Of a DNA stretch of 64,000 bases, positions 1 to 9,900 are shown one piece after another. The notes under the pieces are model-generated. The model saw only the letters and a program-made list of their open reading frames with translations. It did not search any database and was not told the origin of the DNA. The translations under genes and the position numbers were made by a program. Positions within the stretch are counted from its first letter, which is position 1. Every line of letters begins with the position of its first letter. The DNA comes from Eledone cirrhosa (lineage: Eukaryota): contig OZ024743.1 of NCBI GenBank assembly GCA_964016885.1, positions 370,450,001 through 370,514,000 on the forward strand, in the 5' to 3' direction.

Positions 1-1351
1 TGGAAGCAGAGTCAAAATAATACAAATAGTGAAAACAATGAAATTAAACAAAATACGGGAAATTCATAGTAAAACTGATTATTTTACGATCGTTTCTGGG
101 GGGTAGTTCTCAGTATGTTCATTCTATTAGTGATCTATGTAAAATATATTACAAATTATCAAAGTAAGAAAATATACATACGTCTTCCCTACCCGCCTAA
201 TAACAATCACAATATTATAGTATCATCTGAAAACAAAATCTACCCTCAAAGATCTATAGATACCCAATATAACAATAGGAAACCAATTAGAAACCCTAAA
301 AGTAACGTAACATGGCATAATGCTCCATTTAACTTTCAAACTATGGGCCAAATCCCTAAAAAACTTTTTGTAATTCTCTATAAACATTTCCCACCTAACC
401 ACAAATACCATCAAATCTTAAACAGATATACAGTAAAATTTTCTTACTCTACATCGAGCAATATACAACAAAAAATAAGTGCATATAACATCTATAAATG
501 TAAAAAAGCTCCATGTATACCCCTAGCACACCACACACAAACTAACTATAATAATACTACAACGCATAACCAGAATATTATTACCTATCCACCAGTTACA
601 TACGCTCACTCACCTCACCAACACAATACATCAGCCTACAACCAACTACCATCTTCCTCATCCTTAATGGGAACTAAGAATTACATACCCAATCTGACCA
701 ATAGTTTCCAAAACAACCATGATTCTATAAACACTATATCCCCTATAATTTCATCAACTAACAACGCTTCGAGCCATGACCACCCAACCGCAAACCCTTC
801 TCTCTCATATAAAAATGTAAATACAAATACTAGCACTATTATTGGGAATATAGCAAGCACATCTGAAACCCTATGTTGTAATTGTTGAGTAAAAAGTAAT
901 TGCCCCTTAAATGGAAATTGCTTAATTAATAATATAGTGTATAAATGTATAATTACCACTAAGGATTCTAATCAATCCTATATTGGATCCACATCTAATC
1001 TGTTTAAATCGAGATTTTATGCACACACCCACAGTTTTCGAAACACAAGATTAGCTAATACCACTTCTTTAGCGGAAGCAGTTAATAATTGTAAAAAGAA
1101 GAAAATTAATTATAACCTAACTTAGAAGATTCTCAAAAGAGCCATGTCTTATCAGAGCAATAGAAAGGAGTGTGGACTATGTTCCCAAGAAAATTTTTGA
1201 AATTACTAAATCGAAAGACATTTTATTAAATAAAAGACAGGAACTAATTATTGCATGTAACCATAGAATTAGAAAGACATTCAAGTATTATAAATACAAC
1301 TAAACAAATAAAGAAAAAAATATAAAAGAAAATATATGTATATATATATAT

Positions 1352-1737
1352 CAGGGGCGAAGGGTGCGTGCATGCAACGCATGCAGTGCATGCGTTATAT
1401 AATCTTGAGTTGATCAATTGCGTCGGTTGAAGCAAGCAAAATTTTGGCTGCTTGCTAAATCGTAGACACATAAAAAGATAACACACACACCCACACACAC
1501 GTACACAAACACACGAGAGCGTCGGTTGAAGCAAGCAGAATTTGGCTGCTTACTAAATCGTAGACACATAAAAAGATAACACACACACACACACACTAGA
1601 TAACACGACATGCGGCTTTGACCGGGAGGGTCATTTAGAGGGAATTGGTGGGGGGGGGGGGTAAGGCTGCATAGCCCCGCTTTGCGCCATGGCGATTGGA
1701 CTGCATGCCCTGCTTTCCAGGTTACCCTTCGCCACTG
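1352..1737. mobile_element. MITE, probably hAT-like, inserted in (TA)n
   Basis: 14-bp TIRs CAG(G/T)GGCGAAGGGT (13/14 match). ATATATAT on both sides fits an 8-bp TSD. Internal ~100-bp direct duplication at ~1420-1600. Confidence 0.75.
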
Positions 1738-1785
<48 letters not shown>

Positions 1786-2465
1786 TTTTTTTTTTGCTGC
1801 TAGAATTAATCCATAGATTCAATCCTATATCTCATCCCTATAATTGTTTTAAATAATTAACTATTAATGAGCACTATATATTACATTATATTCAACACTC
1901 TAACAAAACTTTAACAGACATATTAAGAAAACCAGATTATTAATGAGATTTCTTATTCGAAAATAAAATTCCCTACAGGTAAAACTTCATTCTGACCACA
2001 CTAACAAAATACAATACTTACACAAATTTTATTATTTTCTTACCTATATATTTTTTTATCTAAATTTTACTTTTCTTTGGTTCCATCTATATTCCTCTAC
2101 TTGTTCTATTTTTAGAACGAATTGTTCCTTTTGAAAAAAGAAATAACAAATATTTAGGATTGTTCTATACTATTTTACTGGATATAACACACTGATATCT
2201 TCACCCCTTTTCCTCCAACTTTAATCTTCCTTGACCGTCCACACTTTTCTGAAATTTCTATACAATCTGTCTAAATTCCTTTACACTTGCAGCTCTCTTT
2301 TCTTAAAGGTCATTCGATACTTCATCCCGTGACTACTAATATATTCATCTTCTACTACCAGCTTAATGATCTATATGACCTCTTCCTATTTTTACTATTG
2401 GTCAATCTCAACCTTGTTCTTAAAAGGTTACTTATTCATACATGTTTTTATATTCTTCAATAAAC

Positions 2466-2619
2466 AAAACTCATTATTTCTGAAGACGGCGAGTAGGGAA
2501 GACGTATGTATATTTTCTTACTTTGATAATTTGTAATATATTTTACATAGATGACTAATAGAATGAACATACTGAGAACTCCCCCCCCCCTCCGAAACGA
2601 TCGTAAAATAATGAGTTTT
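2466..2619 (+). ncRNA. Type I hammerhead ribozyme with a large stem II insertion, in a PLE pseudo-LTR
   Basis: 14-bp stem I (AAAACTCATTATTT/AAATAATGAGTTTT), CTGAAGA at 2480, GAAA at 2594, palindromic stem III ACGATCGT, GUA cleavage triplet. Confidence 0.75.
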
Positions 2620-2667
2620 ACTATGAATTACCCGTATTTTGTTTAATTTCATTGTTTTCACTATTTG

Positions 2668-2724
<57 letters not shown>

Positions 2725-2731
<7 letters not shown>

Positions 2732-4103
2732 ATAATAAAATTGAAGACTAAAATCCAAAGAGGGCTCGATAAGGAAAATATATATCAAATATATAAGAAC
2801 CGTAGAGCAAATATTTATTAAAATAACAGATTAAAGTTTAAGCAAAGAATCGCTGCTTTCACCCTTAACGGGATCTTCTGAAACTAACAAAGTCAATCTG
2901 TAAACGCAGAACTGGATATTTCAAAAAACGTTGCAACCGGAGGAAGACAGGAAGACGATACTCTGGTTCGTGGAAACGTTCGCTGGCAAAGAACGGGGAA
3001 AAAACGAATAATACGTCATTAATAGGAGCGGTGAAAAACAATTACGCGCAAAGACAGAACCATGTTTATGGTATAAAAGAGGTCGTAGACTAATGTTCTC
3101 TTAGGTGGTGCATAGAGACGTTCTCTGGCAATGAACGAAAAAACGAAGATAATAAGTCATATGTGGAGCGTGGAGAACAATAGCACGCAAAGACAAAACC
3201 ACGTAAATGGTATAGCAGAAGTCGTAGACTAAAATTCTAACTAGGAGACCAAATGAATCTCCGCTACAGAGTTAAGAACAAAGTAAATAAATACAATACA
3301 GAAGTAATAGAAACAAATAAATACATACACGCAAACAGATACGTACATACACAAGCATACGCAAAACCTTACCATAGGTATACAAAACCACGCACATATA
3401 AATATGTGTGTGTATGCTTGTGTACAAATAAATAAATAATTATATAAACGTATATAAGTAAATAAATACGTATATAACAAGCGCACACACATACCTACAA
3501 ATAAATACACGAATGTTCGGAGACGTAAGTCAACTAAAACAAGAAGTACACATATACACACACCCACCATACGTACGAACCTGCATACTCACGCAGACAC
3601 AAAACTCCGTATACACATAGACAAACCCTAAATACCAGAATATGTAAAAATTATACGCCATAACAGTCAAATATACGTACGAGAAGGTATACATACCTTC
3701 ACAAAACATACGGGTAATATATACTTACCTATGCAAATAAGTAAAGGAATAAACAAAACATATACTTAGCTCCCACATCAAGACGTAAAATATCCACGTA
3801 TAGATCGTGCTATCCGTTAGGGTATAACGTGGGGCTGTAATACAGGAAAGTTTTGTGCAATTTATGTTTACAAGCCGAAATTTCCTCAGATTTTTTATTT
3901 AAGATGTGGTCTGTGGCGTAGAGTATTTCCAGGGCCTCAGCGGCGCAGAGGTCACACGGTCTTTTATTTCCGTTATACGATCTAGCCCTAGCTAGGATCT
4001 CCCAGTGTAACTTATATTGGGTGTGGTTGTCTTTAAGACTCCAGATATAAGCTGAAAGTGACGTCATATTCCTTCTTAGAGGGTAAATCTGTTATTTTAA
4101 TAA

Positions 4104-4107
<4 letters not shown>
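2725..4107 (-). mobile_element. Second 5'-truncated Penelope-like element (GIY-YIG C-terminus), tail-to-tail with the first
   Basis: ORF 3810-4067 TSLSAYIWSLKD..YKLHWEILARA..CDLCAAEALEIL..LNKKSEEISACKH. Bases ~4085-4107 are an inverted copy of ~2811-2833. Diverged ~140-bp tandem duplication at 2976-3245. Confidence 0.8.
2835..2885 (-). ncRNA. Hammerhead-like motif with a U4A core deviation, in the pseudo-LTR of the second PLE
   Basis: Minus strand AGTTT-CAGAAGA-t-CCC gttaa GGG-t-GAAA-GCAG...TTGC-TT-AAACT; all three stems can form. Confidence 0.5.
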
Positions 4108-4141
<34 letters not shown>

Positions 4142-4177
4142 ATATGAGAAAAACCACAGACCCTCCATCTCAACTCA

Positions 4178-4215
4178 CCTTTTGAAAAGCAGAAGAACTG
4201 CGAAACCGGTAAAGG
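4178..4215 (+). ncRNA. Minimal type I hammerhead ribozyme, U3-A8 core variant
   Basis: CCTT-TTGAAAA-GCAG aagaa CTGC-GAAA-CCGG-TA-AAGG: perfect stems I and II, palindromic stem III ACCGGT. Confidence 0.72.
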
Positions 4216-4353
4216 AACCAAATAAATATATATATTTTTTTAAAAAATAAGACTTCAGTTGCATTTTCGATTTCATCTCTTTTTCTTTATACTTTCACTC
4301 GTGTGGGACACCTCGGTTATTTTTCATTTTGTAAAAAAAACCTCACTTTCTAA

Positions 4354-6091
4354 TCTATATATATAAAACTGTGGTTGTCTGTCTGTCTATTGATTTTTGG
4401 CACACATCTCCTCTTAGAATCTCTCACGGAATTGCACCGAAATTGCTATACTTGTACATTGAGCCCTAGCGAAGACATCGGAAAAAAAAATTTCAAATTG
4501 ACCCACCCTATGTGACGAAATCGAATATAATGTATCGATTTTTGAGCGTAAGTGATCAGTTATTTCCCTTTGTTCTGTTTACATTGAGCGTCTTACGTAA
4601 AAAATTACGCTGGCTTTCTCAGCGTTTAAAATGACATTAACACAATACATTCCATTCAAAAGCATTTTAAAACAATATTTTTACTTGAAAACAAGTCTAT
4701 TTAAAGACTACGTAAAACAAGCAAATATTTCGTAAAAAAAAGCAAAAATTATATAAGTTTATTTAAAATATATGTATCTGTAAATTTCGTTAGGCGTGCA
4801 GACAGACAGTCGTGCAGACAGACAGTCGTGCAGACAGACAGTCGTGCAGAGAGGTGATATAGGCGTGCAGACAGACAGTCGTGCAGAGAGGTGATATAGG
4901 CGTGCAGACAGACAGTCGTGCAGAGAGGTGATATAGGCGTGCAGACAGATAGTCGTGCAGAGAGGTGATATAGGCGTGCAGACAGACAGTCGTGCAGAGA
5001 GGTGATATAGGCGTGCAGACAGACAGTCGTGCAGAGAGGTGATATAGGCGTGCAGACAGATAGTCGTGCAGAGAGGTGATATAGGCGTGCAGACAGACAG
5101 TCGTGCAGAGAGGTGATATAGGCGTGCAGACAGACATAACTGATAATTTGGTTACGCTAATGTTTTTCTCTGCGTTGCAGTGTTTACATTTTCGATCTTT
5201 GTTAATAAATAACCAGTGCAGTTTCTATCCCCAGCATCCTCTTTTGTTATAACATTCGGGTTATCGTTATGTTTTCTTAACTTCATAAGGCATATTGTTG
5301 GTTGAGGGAATATTAATCAAAAACACCACATGCAAGTCTGCACAGTAGACACTACAGTTTTTAAGCCAAGAAAGAAACTTAACATTGTAACTTTAACACA
5401 GCTACTGAGCACACAATACACGAACAGTTGTCGAGCCAGCAAAATATTGACCTGCAAAATTCATCAGTTCGAACACTAAGCTTCCGTTTTGCTTCATTTC
5501 CATTTAAAAGCATTTTAAAACAATATTTTTACTTGAAAACAAGTCTATTTAAAGACTACGTAAAACAAGCAAATATTTCGTCGTTAGGCGTGCAGACAGA
5601 CAGTCGTGCAGAGAGGTGATATACGCGTGCAGACAGATAGTCGTGCAGAGAGGTGATATAGGCGTGCAGACAGACAGTCGTGCAGAGAGGTGATATAGGC
5701 GTGCAGACAGACAGTCGTGCAGAGAGGTGATATAGGCGTGCAGACAGACAGTCGTGCAGAGAGGTGATATAGGCGTGCAGACAGACATAACTGATAATTT
5801 GGTTACGCTAATGTTTTTCTCTGCGTTGCAGTGTTTACATTTTCGATCTTTGTTAATAAATAACCAGTGCAGTTTCTATCCCCAGCATCCTCTTTTGTTA
5901 TAACATTCGGGTTATCGTTATGTTTTCTTAACTTCATAAGGCATATTGTTGGTTGAGGGAATATTAATCAAAAACACCACATGCAAGTCTGCACAGTAGA
6001 CACTACAGTTTTTAAGCCAAGAAAGAAACTTAACATTGTAACTTTAACACAGCTACTGGGCGACCCCGGCAAACGCCGGGCTTTACTGCTA

Positions 6092-6092
<1 letters not shown>
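4354..6092 (+). mobile_element. Non-autonomous Helitron with an internal 37-bp minisatellite and an internal duplication
   Basis: A|TCTATATATATAAAA 5' end, hairpin CCCGGC aaac GCCGGG then CTAG|T 3' end. Region ~4655-5407 recurs at ~5497-6057. Confidence 0.85.
4792..5787. repeat. Two blocks (4792-5136, 5586-5787) of the 37-bp minisatellite AGGCGTGCAGACAGACAGTCGTGCAGAGAGGTGATAT
   Basis: Period 37 read directly (4861, 4898, ...). Confidence 0.92.
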
Positions 6093-6158
<66 letters not shown>

Positions 6159-6175
6159 TATGTGTATATGTATAT

Positions 6176-6202
<27 letters not shown>

Positions 6203-6210
<8 letters not shown>

Positions 6211-6606
6211 GGTAAACGGAATAGAAAATGCTGACAAATTGTTCACAGTTGAAAAATGGTTTAATTAGGAATAAAAGAGTATTAGTGATTGTATGGGTTA
6301 GTATTCAGTTGTGGTTTTAAGTTTTTAAGTTTTTACCGGTTGCGCATTTCTAAATGCTTTTCAAAAATAATTTTGAGATAGAGTGTCCGTGCTGTTTGCT
6401 CTGATCAGAGCAAACAGCACGGACACTCTATCTCAAAATTATTTTTGAAAAGCATTTAGAAATGCGCAACCGGTAAAAACTTAAAAACTTAAAACCACAA
6501 CTGAATACTAACCCATACAATCACTAATACTCTTTTATTCCTAATTAAACCATTTTTCAACTGTGAACAATTTGTCAGCATTTTCTATTCCGTTTACCAA
6601 TATATA
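6203..6606. repeat. Perfect spacer-less 404-bp palindrome built from a PLE pseudo-LTR-like sequence
   Basis: Centre CTGA|TCAG at 6404/6405; no arm mismatches seen. A diverged third copy of the arm lies at ~6669-6829. Confidence 0.92.
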
Positions 6607-6862
6607 ATAACTTAACTTGTGTGTTACACCTCTATTCTTTTAACTATATATATATATATATATATATATTGGTAAAAGGAAAAGAAAATGCTGACAAATT
6701 GTTCCCAGTGAAAAATAGTTTAATTAGGAATAAGTAAAAATTAGTAATAGTATTGGTTAGTATTCAGTTTTGGTTTTAAGTTTTACCGGCTGCGCATTTC
6801 TAATGCTTTTCAAAAATAATTTTGAGATATATCATAACTCGTGTGTTACACCTCTATTCTTT

Positions 6863-6909
<47 letters not shown>

Positions 6910-6913
6910 TACA

Positions 6914-9900
6914 TCTCTATATATAAAAGTGAAGATGTCTGTCTGTGTGTATGATGTTTATGCATTTCCACATTTCTCTACCGATTTTGATGATTTTTTT
7001 CCAATGTGCTTCAAATTTACCGGCGATGGTCAACGCGACATAAACTTTGCCAAAAATTTCCTGCTTCTATGAAGAAAATCGATAAAACTAAATATATGCT
7101 CTAACTCTCTCTTACCGCCTCAACTGCTGCGTCACGTGCTGGTGAGGGCGAAGGGCAGCGTTCCAGACGCCGACGTACGGACGCCGCTACTTGAATCTCA
7201 ACGAAGACATATTTTGTTGTCCTTTTTATAATTTGTTTTTCTTCCTTTTTAGCAATATAAGGAAAAAAAGTAATATAAATATTCTGCTAAAAAAAAATAG
7301 TGAGAAAACTTTTTTCAGGAACGTCCGATTTTGATGATTTTTTTTCCAGTGTGCTCCAAATTATCGCCCCTGTTTACGCTCTTTTGTGCTATAACTCAGA
7401 CGTGCTTGGTTTCCAGGTTTGACCTACTATTTGACGTGCATTCTTGCTACAACTTACTTAGTACTCACTTTCCACTTATTCACTGTTCAATTGAAATTAC
7501 CCTCATAAACATTTACGTGTTCGGTTTAATTAGTTCTTCCTGTTTCCCTTTTTAAACTTACTTTTAAAACATGTTTTGACACTACGGTCATGCCCCCCAA
7601 GAAAAGACCACGGTTTAGTCGCCAAACTAAAGCTGCTTCTGCTGCCAAACGAAGAAGAGTTATAGAGCCGTCCCTCGAGAATGTGACTCGGTTGTCACAA
7701 AATGCAACTCGAAATGCAATTACCCGGTCAACCGAGACAGAAGAACAGAGGAGCATTCGCCTTTCCGGGAATACATTTCTAACTGCAGTTGCACGTGCAG
7801 CGCAAACTAATTAACAATATTCTCGACAACGAAGCAAAAATGCTGCCTCCACTGCTGCGGCGCGTGCTGGTGAGGACGAAGGGCAGCGTCCCAGTCGACG
7901 AGGAAGAGATTCCGCCTCAACTGCTGCGTCACGTGCTGGTGAGGACGAAGGGCAGCGTTCCAGACGTCGACGTACGAATGCCACTTCAACCGCTTCTGTG
8001 CGCGAGTCAGAGACTGCGCAAATTCGATTACAGAGACTAAACGCCAATGCACTCCGCAGGAGTGCTAAACGAGGTACTCCGAGGATCAGTTGTACTCGGT
8101 GGTCTCATAAGGCTTTCCACTATGACCCTACAGTTAACTATGCACTGCTGCCAGAAGTTCAGATTGGATCCATGTCCGTTATTCGCCAATCTTGCCGGGC
8201 AAAAAAATGGCCTGGTGAGACTTCAGGGATGTGCTGCTCTGACGGCAAAGGTAAACTGCCTCCTCTGTAGGAACCACCACAACCTTTGAAGTCTCTACTG
8301 ACCGGTTCCACAGCGGAGTCGGAACACTTCCTTCGATGTTCCAGGAGATACAACGCTGCCTTCTAAATGACCTCTTTCGGAGCTAACATCATAAGGGAGG
8401 ACGGCTTCATGCCAACCTTTAAAGTTCATGGACAAATTTACCACAGGATCGATTCGCTCCTGCCTAGGACAGACGGAGAGCCCCAGTTCCTACAGCTATA
8501 GTTTGTCACTGACTATTTAGACCAAGAGGTACGACGCGCTTTAATTTCGCCTGGCACAGAGATGAAAATTCTGTTGGAACTTCAGAGAATGCTGCACGAA
8601 AACAACAACTACACTCGCAGTTTCAAATGCGCATTGGAGGCTGCTCCGTTGCCAAATTTTGCTGTTATAATCGACGCTGACAGAAAACCACCAGGCACCC
8701 ACGCCAAACATTTTAACACTCCCACGTGCAATGAAATAGCTGTGCTTCTTCATGGAGAACAGTACAACAAGCGGGACATCATACTTCAGTGTAGGAACAA
8801 CACTCTACAAAGGATCAGCGAGACGCATAGGTCCTACGACGCATTCCAATATCCCCTACTTTTCCCATTCGATGACGACGGATACCACTTTGGAATTCCC
8901 TTGTGCAACAGCAACAAAACTGTTTCCTCTATGCAATTCTACGCCTACCGATTCATGGTCCGCGAATGCTGCTTTAACCACCTCCACCGTGCAAGAGTAC
9001 TCTTCAACCAACTTACTGTAGACGCGTGCGCAAAGATGGAATCTGAAAGGCTGTGCTACATAAGGAAAAATCAAGCACGCCTTCGTTCGGACAGCTACAT
9101 TCACTTACGGGATGGAGTAAGGAATGACGTCGATCCCGAGAACCTTGGAAAACATTGTATCCTTCCGTCGACGTTTATTGGGAGTCCCGATACATGAGTG
9201 AACGCACACAGGATGCTATGACTTACTACGGCAGACCGAATCTCTTCATCACTTTAACTTACAACCCTAAGTGGACTGAAATTACCGCGGAATTATTCCC
9301 CGGACAAAGGGCGTCAGACAGACACTATCTTACGGCACGAGTTTTCCACTTGAAATTGACAAAACTTATTGAACTCATACAATCAGGTAAGGCCTTTGGA
9401 CCTGTTAGGTGCTACGTATACACCGTTGAGGGGAAAAAGAGAGGCCTGCCACCTACTCATTTGGCTAATAACGAAAATCAACGCAACCAGCATTGACAGC
9501 ATTATTTCAGCAGAAATACCCGACCCGAAATTGGACAGAGAACTCCACAACATCGTCACTGCTCACATGGTTCACGGGCCATGCGGAAACGGTTTCAACA
9601 TGAATTCGCCATGCATTAAAGAAAGAAGGTGCACCAAGAGGTATCCTAGGCCATTCCTCCGAGAAACTCGGACAGGTGGTGACGGTTACCCATTATACCG
9701 CCGCAGGGAGCCAGCGGACGGAGGAATTGATGCGAAAACCCCACATCACCACGTCGACAACCGGTGGATTGTACCCTACTGCCTCCTTCTGCTTAAATTG
9801 TTTAACGCCCACATTAACGTTGAATACTGCCACTCCGTCAAATCAATAAAGTACGTCTGCAAGTACATCAATAAGGGGGTCTGATGCTGCGTCCTTCGGT

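Larger units (their letters stand above)
18..2672 (+). mobile_element. 5'-truncated Penelope-like retroelement (possibly Naiad-type) with a decayed linker/GIY-YIG region and an inverted pseudo-LTR at its 5' end
   Basis: VTWHNAPF...KHFPPNHKYHQILNRYTVKFSYS, then CNC*VKSNCPLNGNCLINNIVYKC...SYIGST...FKSRF...H..SF, with stops at 886 and 1123. Bases 18-198 are the reverse complement of ~2488-2672. Interrupted by a MITE. Confidence 0.85.

Noticed and set aside
886-888. In-frame TGA within the PLE Cys motif read as selenocysteine (some Naiad PLEs encode selenoproteins)
   Set aside because: It falls at the Arg position of CNCR (CGA>TGA), not at a Cys. A TAG at 1123 and a frameshift follow, and I found no convincing SECIS.
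4792-5787. 37-bp repeats resembling a CRISPR array
   Set aside because: Head-to-tail units without unique spacers, inside a eukaryotic Helitron, with no cas genes.
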